Assembly: GCA_950097015.1 (NCBI GenBank)
Contig: CATNEN010000001.1
Location: forward strand, 1,922,001 to 1,986,000
Origin: Macrostomum hystrix
Taxonomy: Eukaryota > Animalia > Platyhelminthes
Reading direction: 5' to 3'
Length of the DNA stretch: 64,000 nt
The position numbers and the translations under genes were made by a program. The notes beneath the pieces are model-generated. The model was given only the letters and a program-made list of their open reading frames with translations, was not told the DNA's origin and made no database searches. Positions 53,019 to 64,000 of the stretch are shown here, one piece after another; positions within the stretch are counted from its first letter, which is position 1; every line of letters begins with the position of its first letter.

Positions 53019-56000
53019 ATGTCAAGCAAGTCGGCTACAAAGCAGCAGAGAAAGTCCGAGCGTGTGCGAACTGCCAGCACAACGGAGTCTGAGGGATCGT
53101 CTACAGCTGCTGCTGCCCCTGCTGCTGCTGCTGCTGCTGCTGCGCCTCAGGGCGACGTTTCTATGACAACCAGCGGCGTCACACCTCAGAAGCAATCGGC
53201 TGTTACTGTTTCTGCCACAACAACCACTACAACTAGCAGCAGTCGCAAGGTACTGTTGCAAGCGAGTCCGTATTCTCTATTGGTTAACAGCTTCCATTAT
53301 TTCCCCCCTTCATCGAGAGCTTCCATGCTTTATTCACAATCATAGATAGCTTCCATGCTTTATTCACAATCATAGATAGCTTCCATGCTTTATTCCCAAT
53401 CATAGACAGCTTCCGTGCTTTATTCCCAATCATAGACAGCTTCCGTGCTTTATTCACAATCATAGAGAGCTTCCGTGCTTTATTCCCAATCATAGAGAGC
53501 TTCTATGCTTTATTCCTAATCATAGATAGCTTTATTCCCCATCATTCCTTCACATCCAGGTGATTAAATCGGCCCTGACTGGCACACCAACCGTGGCTTC
53601 ACCGGCGTCAGGCGAGCCGTCGACCTCCGGAGGCGCCGCCTCCAGGCGTCGGTCGCGCAGTCCGTTGGCGATCTCGCGCGAACAAGAAAAAGAAGAATTG
53701 GCTCATTTGAACACACAGCTAGCCTGCTACATTGATTTTGTTCGCTCGCAGCAGCAGTCCGCTGACACTGTTAGGCGTCAGTATGAGTCCCTGAGCGAAT
53801 CCGTTAGTCACGAGCGCGAAGAGTCCACCGGTTTGTACGAGAGAGAGATCAACGGACTTCGCAGACAGCTGGATAAACTGGCTGGCGAAAGAGCTGGACT
53901 TCAGCTGGCCTTGGACAAGGCGAATGGCGAACGCGCCGAAGCTGAAAAGTGAGTCTAGGAAGGTTAGGGAAGCTGTTCACGAAAGCATGGGGAACTGTTC
54001 ACTGAAGGATGGGGAAGCTGTTCCCTGAAGGATGGGGAAGCTGTTCACTGAAGGATGTGAAAACTGTTCACTGAAGGATGTGGAAACTGTTCACTGAAGG
54101 ATGGGGAAGCTGTTCAGTGAAGGATGGGGAAGCTGTTCACTGAAGGATGGGGAAGCTGTTCACTGAAGGATCGGGAAGCTCTTTACTGAAGGATGGGGAA
54201 GCTGTTTTCAGTAGGAGGGGGAAGCTGTTCACTGAAGGATGGGCTGTTCCATGAAGTTTCTTTATTTAAGATTGTTATATTCTTTCCAAACGCATTCAGG
54301 CGAGCCGCGGGTCTGGAGCGGACCCTGAAGGATCAGGAGCGCCAGCTCGATCGTCTAGCCGAGGCCGAAGTTGAAGCACGCAGTGCCAGAGCCGACGCGG
54401 AGCGCCTGCGCGGTCAGCTGGCCGCCGCCGAGAAAGACGCCGCCGCGGCCGCCAAAGAATTGGCCGCCGCGCGCAAAGGACTGGCTAGCGCCGAGCGCAA
54501 CGAACGCGATGCCAGGCGATTGGCTAACGAGTTGGCGGACTGTCAGGCGCAACTGAAGGCTATGCGAGACCAGTTGGAGACTGAGGTCAGGAGCCTGAGC
54601 TTTTCTTGAATTGCTGCTTTATGCTCACAAGAGCTTCAGGGATGTTATCAGTAGTTTAAAGGCCATGGTAGCTTCAGGCTGAATGTTGTAACTTCAGGCT
54701 GAATGTTGTAGATTCAGGCTGAATGTTGTAGCTTCAGGCTAAATGTTGTAGCTTCAGGCTAAATTTTGTAGCTTCAGGCTAAATGTTGTAGCTTCAGGCT
54801 AAATGTTGTAGCTTCAGGCTTAATGTTGTAGCTTTAGCTAAATGTTGTAGCTTCAGGCTGAATGTTGGTGGCTTCAGGCCGAATGTTGGCAGCTTCAGGA
54901 TCAACGTTGGTAGCTTCAGGACCAATGTTGGGTAGCTTCAGGATCAATGTTGGTAGCTTCAGGACCTATGTTGGTTAGCTTCAGGATCAATGTTGGTAGC
55001 TTCAGGATCAATGTTGGTAGCTTCAGGATCAATGTTGGGTAGCTTCAGGATCAATGTTGGTAGCTTCAGGATCAATGTTGGTAGCTTTAGGATCAATGTT
55101 AATAGCTTCAGGATCAATGTTAATAGCTTCAGGATCAATGTTGGTAGCTTCAGGATCAATGTTGGTAGCTTCAGGATCAATGTTGGTAGCTTCAGGATCA
55201 ATGTTGTTCGTTCCATAATCCCCCTTGCTGACCATTCAGGTGAAGCTGAAGACGGAGCTGGAGAATCGAGTTCAAACAGCCACGGAGGACGCCGCCTTCA
55301 AGGAGAGCCTGCTTCGCGAAGAGCGCAGTCGCTATCTAGAGCGCAGCGTCGTGATCGAGGAGGTCTCGCGAGTGCGCGAAGCCGAATTCGAGTCGCGCCT
55401 CTGCGAGGAACTGCGCCACGCAAGGGAGGAGGCTGACCAGGCTGCCGCCGCCTTCCGACTGGATCTGGAGGCCACCTTCAGGGTCAAGATGGACGAGCTC
55501 AGGTCCGCCTCCGAGCGCTACTCTCAGGTGAGAGGCCTGAAATATTTCACTCCTCAGTTTATACTCTTAACTCTCCTATTCCCATTCCAAAACTCCCCTT
55601 ACTCTATTAGCGTTTCCTAATTATTTAACCCAATTAACTCCTAATCCTTTTCTATTCCCAAATCTATCCACTGCCTTATTCTGTCTATTTTATCCCCAAT
55701 CCTTCCACTCGCTTCCCTTTCATTCCATACAATTCTCAGTCCTTTCATTATATTCCAAAGCCTTCGATTCTATTCTCAAATCCTTCCATTTCATTCCCAA
55801 ATCCTTTCATTTCATTCCCAAATCCTTTCATTTCATTCCCAAATCCTTTCATTTCATTCCAAAATCAATCCATTCTATTCTCAAATCATTCCATTCTATT
55901 CTCAAATCATTCTCAAATCCTTCCATTCTATTCTCAAATCCTTCCATTCTATTCTCGAATCATTCCATTCTATTCTCAAATCATTCCATTCTATTCTCAA

Positions 56001-59000
56001 ATCCTTCTATTCTATTCTCAAATCATTCCATTCTATTCTCAAATCCTTCCATTCTATTCTCAAATCATTCCATTCTATTCTCAAATCATTCCATTCTATT
56101 CTTAAATCATTCCATTCTATTCTCAAATCCTTCCATTCTATTCTCAAATCCTTCCATTCCATTCTCAAATCATTCCATTCTATTCTCAAATCATTCCATT
56201 CTATTCTCAAATCCTTCCATTCTATTCTCAAATCCTTCCATTCTATTCTCAAATCCTTCCATTCTATTCTCAAATCCTTCCATTCTATTCTCAAATCCTT
56301 CCATTCTATTCTCAAATCACCCATTCTATTCTTAAATCCTTCCATTCTATTCTCAAATCCTTCCATTCTATTCTCAAATCATTCCATTCTATTCTCAAAT
56401 CATTCCATTCTATTCTCAAATCCTTCCATTCTATTCTCAAATCATTCCATTCCATTCTCAAATCCTTCTATTCTATTCTCAGATCCTTCCGTTCTTTTCT
56501 TGAATCCTTCCATTTCATTTCTGAATCCTCACGTTTTATTCCCAAATCATTCCATTTCATTCCCAAATCCCAAACTTTATCCTACCCCAAAACCCTCATT
56601 CCCAGGACGCCCGCGCCAGTCGTGACGAACTGGTCGAACTTCGTCGCCGTCTGCACGACACCGGCATGGAGCTTGAGAAGGCCCGCAAGGAGGCCGAACT
56701 GTTGCGCTCCAGCAATGCCAAACTGGAGTCAGCACTGGCTCAGGAGCGCGACTCATTCGAGCAGCAGCTGGAGTATCTGCGTCAGGAGGAGCGACGCAAT
56801 CGAGAACGACTGGCCGAACAGTTAGAAGAATACAACATCCTGCTAACTAGCAAGCTGGCCCTGGATCAGGAAATCCTAGCCTATAGGCAGCTGCTAGAAG
56901 AGGAGCAGAGGCGGACCAACTATTCGCCGCACAAGCATCACAGTCATGCTGAAGCTTCGTCACCGTTTGCTAGAGGATCGAAGCGTCGCACAACTGCTGA
57001 TTTAGACGAGGAAGACCTGTATTCGGCTCTGGCTTATACGGTAACTTTATAATCCACTTATTCAGGAGTAAAATCATCCCCTCTGAGTTATTCCATCCCA
57101 TGGGTTATCCTGTGGTTAAATATTCTATTCTAAAATATCCTATTCTTAACTATTACGAGATTATCCCATTCTAGGTTAGTCCATTTTAGATGATTATTAT
57201 ATTCTTGATAATCCCATTCTAAACAACCGAATTCTAAATAGTCACATTCTATATTATCCCGTTCTATAATGTCCCTTTCTATATTATCCCATTCTATATT
57301 ATCTCATTCTAAAATATCCCATTCCAGATAATCCCATTCCAGATAATCCGATTCTAAATAATTCCATTTTTGGTAATTCCATTATCGATAATCCCATTCT
57401 AGATTATCCCATCCTAGATTATCTCGTTCTAGATAATTCCATTCCAGATTATCCCATTCTAGATTATTATTTTCTAAACTTTCCCATTCTAGATTATCAC
57501 GTTCTAAAAGATCCCACTCTAGATTATCCAATTCTAGAGTATTCTTTCTACAAATATATAGCATTTAGTGACAACGATGCAAATTACAATTTCCCCGCAC
57601 ACAGGTGCACCAGGAGCAGTGCGGGGCAATCCACGTGCACGAGTTGGACCCGGAGCGCGGTCAGTTTGTTCGCTTGCGCAACACCTCGCCAGACGCCGAA
57701 GTGGCTATTGGCGGTTGGACTCTTCGTCTAGACTGCGACGGCACTGCTAACGTTTATAAGTTCCCGGCCAAGACTGTTCTGCCGGCGCTGGCTGAGGCTA
57801 CGGTATGCACTATCTTGATCATTTTTTTGTTTTTCAACACATGTCGGCTGTATGTTTATGTTGTAAACGTAATACAGTTTGATAAACTACAAGCAGAAGA
57901 AATAAAATACCAATGCATAGTTAAGCCTTATTAAACTTGAAACTTCTTCGAGGAAAATATGTAAAAAATGTTTCTTTGTTTGAGAAACGAACTCCCGACC
58001 TCTCGGTCAGAAGTCTGAAGCTACTACCACATCGCTAGAAACTCCGCAGTAGTATAAAGTAGTAGTATAAGAATAGTGCGTGGCATTGATATGGTTATTC
58101 CTAATTTCCCAACACAGATTTGGAGCTCCGATGCAGGCGTTGCCCACAATCCGCCAACTGATTTTGTCACCAAGGCCAAGGCCTGCGGCCAGGGAGAGGA
58201 CATCAAGGTGCGCCTAGTGGATGGACAGGATAAGGTAAGGGATTGTGAGAATGTATTCTCTTTGACGCTGTAGGAACCTGGTATTGCGTAAATACTAATT
58301 ATCTTCTGTTGCCGATATAATTTTTTTCCACTGCCACCATTTCATCCAATTCCATTCCATTTCATCCCATTTCCATCCTACTCTGTTCTATTCCATCCCA
58401 TTCCATCCAATTCCATTCCATTTCATCCCATTTCCATCCAATTCCATTCCATTTCATCCCATTCCATCCTATTCCATCCTATTCCATTCCATTTCATCTC
58501 ATTCCATCCTATTCCATCCTATTCCATCCCATTTCATCTCATTCCATCCTATTCCATCCTATTCCATCCCATTTCATCTCATTCCATCCTATTCCATCCT
58601 ATTCCATCCTATTCCATTCCATTTCATCTCATTCCATCCTATTCCATCCTATTCCATCCCATTTCATCTCATTCCATCCTATTCCATCCTATTCCATCCT
58701 ATTCCATTCCATTTCATCTCATTCCATCTTATCCCATCCTATTCCATCCTATTCAATTCCATTCCATCCTTTTCATCCCATTCGATCCTTTTCATCCCAT
58801 TCGATCCTTTTCATCCCATTCCATCCTATCCCATCCTATCCGATCCTGTTCCATCATTTTCCATCCTATTCCATCCCGGTCAATCGCTCTGTATACGTTT
58901 TATCCCCCTGGCCAACGCAGGGGCTATGTAGCCCAGTGTTTAGACCTTCGGAATCACGAAATAAAGGTCGGTGGTTCGATTCCTGACTCCCACTGGGTCT

Positions 59001-59268
59001 ATTTACGTGCTTTAGCAAGACATTTAACTCTGAATTGCTTGAATTCACCCAGCTTTTAACTGGGTGCCAGCATTAGCTGGGGTAATTTGAGCGTGGGTGT
59101 GGCGTCCGCCCAGTCCATGGACTTACAAAACCTGGCTCTCCATCGCACTCGCAGGAGATGGCCTCGCGTCACATGATGCTGGACAGGTCAAAACTGGCCG
59201 CCATGAGAGCCAATAAGCGGCTTCGCAGAGCCGGCGCCGACTCCACGGATCGTTGCTCTGTCATGTAG
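53019..59268 (+). CDS. Nuclear lamin (B-type, CaaX)
   Basis: Exons: 53019-53249, 53560-53948, 54300-54585, 55240-55527, 56606-57040, 57605-57802, 58118-58234, 59155-59268. Rod start SPLAISREQEKEELAHLNTQLACYIDFVR, rod end KLALDQEILAYRQLLEEE, lamin-tail domain (GQFVRLRN..IGGWTL..YKFP..T|IWSSDAGVAHNPPTD) and C-terminal CSVM*. Confidence 0.95.
53286..53535. repeat. Minisatellite, 30-bp unit, lamin intron 1
   Basis: TCATAGANAGCTTCC[A/G]TGCTTTATTC[A/C]CAA, about 8 copies. Confidence 0.92.
53960..54250. repeat. Minisatellite, 23-bp unit, lamin intron 2
   Basis: TGAAGGATGGGGAAGCTGTTCAC repeats. Confidence 0.92.
54668..55205. repeat. Minisatellite, 20-21-bp unit, lamin intron 3
   Basis: GTAGCTTCAGGCTAAATGTT grading into GTAGCTTCAGGATCAATGTTG. 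Confidence 0.92.
55760..56560. repeat. Minisatellite, 21-bp unit, lamin intron 4
   Basis: TTCCATTCTATTCTCAAATC[C/A] repeats. Confidence 0.93.
57120..57545. repeat. Degenerate 15-bp tandem repeat, lamin intron 5
   Basis: ATTATCCCATTCTAG-like units. Confidence 0.8.
57985..58035 (-). mobile_element. tRNA-derived SINE head fragment, lamin intron 6
   Basis: Reverse strand TAGCGATGTGGTAGTAG..GAGGTCGGGAGTTCG. Similar to 10455-10530. Confidence 0.45.
58338..58877. repeat. 5/10-bp pyrimidine-rich repeat (ATTCC/ATCCT), lamin intron 7
   Basis: Visible directly. Confidence 0.92.
58920..59125 (+). mobile_element. tRNA-derived SINE
   Basis: A-box-like TAGCCCAGTGTTTAG, B-box GGTTCGATTCC, central AGCAAGACATTTAACTCTG and 3' GGTGTGGCGTCC.CCCAGTCCATGGACT shared with 60405-60580. 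Confidence 0.75.
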
Positions 59269-59694
59269 TCAGGGCCTGTGAGGCGCGCCCAATGGTTAAG
59301 AATTGGCAACTAATTCTACAATAATAATGCATGATTTAATAATAACAATTAACTGTCTAGGACTTTAGCTTTGTGCGATCTTTTCTTTACATTTTTGTTG
59401 TCATTTATCCCATATATTTCTTATTCGCAAACGCAACTCCTGCACTTTAAGTTTAAGGAAGAATCCTCTACTGTTTTTTTTATTTATTATATCATTTAAT
59501 CAGTTTTGTCTGTCTTTGTGCATCCGAAGCTTGTGAATTTAAAAGTCTAATTATGTACTTTTAAATATGTACTATTCAGGCTCCAGGTCAGCAAACCCGC
59601 TTTGGTATTATTTCTAATTACTGACGATGTTGTTTGTTTTTTTATTGTTTCTAAAAATAGCCCGGTCTGTCCAGTGATTTTTTAGTCGATTAGC

Positions 59695-59865
59695 AACTAC
59701 TAATACTACTGTTAGTACTACTGTGAGTACTACTGTGAGTACTACTGTGAGTACTGTGAGTACTACTGTGAGTACTACTGTGAGTACTACTGTGAGTACT
59801 ACTGTGAGTACTACTGTGAGTACTACTGTGAGTACTACTGTGAGTACTACTGTGAGTACTACTGC
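59695..59865. repeat. 12-bp tandem repeat GTACTACTGTGA
   Basis: Visible directly. Confidence 0.93.
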
Positions 59866-60404
59866 AAGAATTATTTTATTATTAACTATTCAGTCGTTAT
59901 TGTGGAATCTCTTTTGAAATCTTTGTTGCAGCTACAGACAACATTTATTCGTAATCAGTTCTAGCATTGTTCGTCTGTATTCACAATATTTAATCTTATG
60001 TAATAGCATTTTTAGTCAAAGCATAAATTTAGCTAACTAATGATGAAAAACTTTGCCATTGTTGTCACTTAGTTTTGCAGTCGGCTTTTTATAAACAAGC
60101 TTTTTTCTATACTCAGTTTATATTCTTGCATTGCAACGCGATTCTTTGAAAAAAACTGACTATTATTTTTTGAAGCAACCGTTTTTGTTCCTGTCAATTG
60201 ATCTATTAATTAATTTTGTTTATTCAATTTGTTGTCACATCTTAGCGCAACTGTAGTTGATTAATAATTTAGCGAAAAATATTCAAAAATATTAATAATA
60301 GTAATAATGAAAAGCGACACAATAAGTGTTATTCTGCTCGACCATTTTTGTGGAAAATCTTTCCTGCCGTTTTGGTGTTTTGTCTTCAATCTTCAATCCC
60401 AACT

Positions 60405-60580
60405 GTCTCAGATGTCTAGAAAATTGAAGGTCGGCGGTTCGATTCCCGGCTCCAACTGGGAACTATTTGTGTCCCTATAGCAAGACACTTAAGTCTGTAT
60501 TGATTCAGTTGATTCAGATAAAATGAGGTCGGGTGTGGCGTCCACCCAGTCCATGGACTGAACAGCCGTACACAGCCTCA
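60405..60580 (+). mobile_element. tRNA-derived SINE
   Basis: AAGGTCGGCGGTTCGATTCCCGGCTCC..AGCAAGACACTTAA..CCAGTCCATGGACTG; colinear with 58920-59125. Confidence 0.75.
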
Positions 60581-60673
60581 TATTTCATATGAGGATAGGT
60601 ATTTCATATTTACAAAATCAAATCTAAACTTTCAATTTTATAACTATCAAATTTTCAGCAGTTGATTGAAGTC

Positions 60674-62033
60674 ATGAATGTTTTTCGTCTAATCGGAGAT
60701 CTGAGCCATCTAGCAGCTATTCTTCTGCTTCTGCTGAAGATCTGGCGAACTCGTTCAGTGTCCGGCATATCTGGAAAATCTCAGCTATTGTTCGCTCTCG
60801 TGTTTCTGTCTCGCTATTTGGATTTGATCTTTGTCTTTGTGTCTTTGTATAACACCGTCATGAAGGTGGTGTTCATTGCGACTAGCTGTCTGACATGCTA
60901 CCTGATCTACAAGAAATTTCCTGCAACCAGAGATTCTAATCAGGTGAGTGTCTCTATCCATCAATAATAATTACTTACTTTTAATTATCGATTCTATTGA
61001 ATAATTATCCATTCTATTGATTGATTATCAAAACTATCGATTGATTATTGATTCCTTTGATTGGTTAAAGATTCTATTAATTAATTATCGATTCATTTGA
61101 TTGATTATCGATTCTATTGATGGATTATCGATTCTATTAATTGATTATCGATTCTGTTGATTTATTATCGATTCTGTTGATTTATTATCGATTCTGTTGA
61201 TTTATTATCGATTCTGTTGATTGATTATCGATTCTGTTGATTTATTATCGATTCTGTTGATTTATTATCGATTCTGTTGATTTATTATCGATTCTATTGA
61301 TTTATTGTCGATTCTAATGATTGATTATCGATTCTTTAAAATGAATATTGATATCGATTTTTTATTTATTGTTTACTAATTGCTTGTAGATTTAAGTATT
61401 TTATTGATAATTGATTCCGTAGTGATTCGCTTTCCTGTTCTACTGATTGATTTTGTAACTTTTTAAGGTATATTATTTTGTTTACAGCACAGATAATATA
61501 TAACAGCACAGCTTTACAGCACAGATAATATATAAGTTATATATTATCTGTGGTTTACAGTAATCATTTCCGATTTACATTAAATTGATATTATTTATTT
61601 TTTTATCGCAACTGATGTTTGTAAGTAGTAAAGTAGTAAACAAGCAAAATGTTGATATTTTCAGGACACATTCCGAGCCGAAATTCTAATTATCGCATCG
61701 GCCGGCCTAGCCTGCCTAATCAATCACGAATTCAGCGTGCTAGAAGTGCTGTGGACTTTCAGCATCTACCTGGAGTCTGTGGCCATTCTACCCCAGCTAT
61801 TCCTGATTAGTAAAACTGGCGAAGCTGAGACCATCACCTCACACTATCTATTCGCTCTGGGCTCCTATCGAGCTCTGTACATTCTCAATTGGATTTATCG
61901 ACTCATTGTCGAGGCTCAATACGATATTATTGCCATTGCCGCTGGCTGTTTGCAGACTGCACTCTATGCCGACTTTTTCTACCTGTACGTTACTAAAGTG
62001 CTCAAGGGTAGGGCTATGTCTCTACCTGCTTGA
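60674..62033 (+). CDS. KDELR: ER lumen protein-retaining receptor (KDEL receptor / ERD2)
   Basis: Exons 60674-60943 and 61665-62033 give 212 aa: [36 protein letters not shown]; [53 protein letters not shown]. Confidence 0.97.
60985..61360. repeat. Minisatellite, 20-bp unit (TTTATTATCGATTCTGTTGA), KDELR intron
   Basis: Visible directly. Confidence 0.92.
61480..61560. mobile_element. P-element-type excision footprint
   Basis: 8-bp direct repeat GTTTACAG (61480-61487, 61553-61560) flanks exact 17-bp inverted ends CACAGATAATATATAAC / GTTATATATTATCTGTG, with a locally templated filler between them. Confidence 0.7.
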
Positions 62034-62127
62034 ATTCTGCTGTTTTAGGTGTCAGGTTATTTTGGCTGAGGTGGTCTTAATAAAAGTCTGTTAATATGCT
62101 CAATCACGAATTCACAAGTGTTCGGGA

Positions 62128-63040
62128 CTGGTTAGCTACTCTGCTATTCACGGGTTGTTAGCTACCCTGCCATTCACGGGTTGTTAGCTACCCTGCCATT
62201 CACGGGTTGTTAGCTACCCTGCCATTCACGGGTTGTTAGCTACCATGCCATTCACGGGTTGTTAGCTACCCTGCTATTCACGGGTTGTTAGCTACCCTGC
62301 CATTCACGGGTTGTTAGCTACCCTGCCATTCACGGGTTGTTAGCTACCCTGCCATTCACGGGTTGTTAGCTACGATGCCATTCACGGGTTGTTAGCTACC
62401 CTGCCATTCACGGGTTGTTAGCTACCATGCCATTCGCGGGTTGTTAGCTACCCTGCCATTCACGGGTTGTTAGCTACCATGCCATTCACGGGTTGTTAGC
62501 TACGATGCCATTCACGGGTTGTTAGCTACCCTGCCATTCACGGGTTGTTATCTACCCTGTCATTCACGGGTTGTTAGCTACCCTGCCATTCACGGGTTGT
62601 TAGCTACACTCCCATTCACGGGTTGTTAGCTACCCTGCCATTCACGGGTTGTTAGCTACCCTGCCATTCACGGGTTGTTAGCTACCATGCCATTCACGGG
62701 TTGTTAGCTACCCTGCCATTCACGGGTTGTTAGCTACCCTGCCATTCACGGGTTGTTAGCTACCCTGCCATTCACGGGTTGTTAGCTACCCTGCCATTCA
62801 CGGGTTGTTAGCTACCCTGCCATTCACGGGTTGTTAGCTACCCTGCCATTCACGGGTTGTTAGCTACCCTGCCATTCACGGGTTGTTAGCTACCCTGCCA
62901 TTCACGGGTTGTTAGCTACCCTGCCATTCACGGGTTGTTAGCTACCCTGCCAGTCACGGGTTGTTAGCTACCCTGCCATTCACGGTTTGTTAGCTACCCT
63001 GCCATTCACGGGTTGTTAGCTACCCTGCCATTCACGGGTT
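62128..63040. repeat. Minisatellite, 26-bp unit (CCATTCACGGGTTGTTAGCTACCCTG), about 35 copies
   Basis: Visible directly. Starts about 45 nt after the AATAAA at 62079. Confidence 0.97.
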
Positions 63041-63589
63041 TTTCGCTATGTTTCGCTATATTAATTATTATTCACAATAATTCTTTTTTCTTATTTTAAT
63101 CCATGTTTTAATCATGGTGATGTATTTGCGTTCATATTTTTATTGAGGTAAATTTTGTTGGCAATAATTTTTTGGTGTTCAATTTGTTATCGCAATATGT
63201 CTTGAAAACTCCTGAAAATGTATTTAAATGTGAATCACATTACTTCAGTAGTAAGCTACAGTTTTTTTAGTCTGTATTGGAAATGGAAATGTTTTAATTA
63301 TATTTCTAGCCCTCTCTGTTAAGATAACTTTCTATATACTGATGTTAGATGACTCTTTCTGAACTGAAATGGTTTGGTATATAAAGTAGGATTTATCTGT
63401 GATGCACAAATATTATCTTTAATTGCATTAATATGTGTTTTGTGTGTTCTATAGCATGCATAATTTCAATTTTGGCCGAGTTCTACTCTTAATATGTTTA
63501 TTGTATCATTGAATGTGTCTCAATTTACCTATTCAGTACAAACTTACATCTCTGTTGCTTAGCGATCATTAGTTCTTTAAGCTCATTTC

Positions 63590-64000
63590 CAAGCGATTTC
63601 TTAGTGGAGTTACATGTTGCTAAGGGATTTCCCAGTGAAGTTACATGTTGCTAAGGGATTTACCAGTGAAGTTACATGTTGCTAAGGGATTTCTTAGTGG
63701 ATTTACATGTTGCTTAGGGATTTCCCAGTGAAGTTACATGTTGCTAAGGGATTTCCTAGTGGAGTTACATGTTGCTAAGGGATTTCCCAGTGAAGTTACA
63801 TGTTGCTAAGGGATTTCCCAGTGAAGTTACATGTTGCTAAGGGATTTCCCAGTGGAGTTATATGTTGCTAAGTGATTTCCCAGTGAAGTTACATGTTGCT
63901 AAGGGATTTACCAGTGAAGTTACATGTTGCTAAGGGATTTCTTAGTGGATTTACATGTTGCTTAGGGATTTCCCAGTGAAGTTACATGTTGCTAAGGGAT
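63590..64000. repeat. Minisatellite, 31-bp unit (CCCAGTGAAGTTACATGTTGCTAAGGGATTT), runs off the window end
   Basis: Visible directly. Confidence 0.95.

Noticed and set aside
58920-58997. tRNA gene
   Set aside because: A/B boxes are present, but there is no convincing cloverleaf and it continues into a shared SINE body.

Overview
Eukaryotic (metazoan) genomic DNA with GT-AG spliceosomal introns, poly-Q/poly-A-rich exons and a very high density of minisatellites. This style suggests a free-living flatworm such as Macrostomum, which is an inference only. Hand-spliced gene models: (1) a large minus-strand KMT2C/D (MLL3/4)-like methyltransferase gene (>=11 coding exons, 26896 to the left edge; C-terminal ePHD/FYR/SET lie outside the window); (2) a divergent plus-strand MIEAP/SPATA18 homologue (11 exons); (3) two orphan minus-strand single-pass membrane protein genes flanking (4) a SEC14/CRAL-TRIO gene; (5) a 3-finger C2H2 zinc-finger gene; (6) a B-type (CaaX) lamin; (7) a KDEL receptor. 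Non-coding DNA holds about 18 unrelated minisatellite arrays, mostly intronic, tRNA-derived SINE copies, a Merlin-type TIR element nested inside a 6-bp-TSD TIR element, a long fold-back element and a clean P-element-type excision footprint. No CRISPR, rRNA or intact tRNA was found. The most notable observations are an 11-copy Cys/acidic/basic 23-aa repeat inside KMT2C/D, the apparently unsplit MLL3/4 architecture, a lamin with a lengthened coil 1B, the P-like footprint and the one-different-minisatellite-per-intron pattern. I see no clear evidence of a wholly new multi-gene system.
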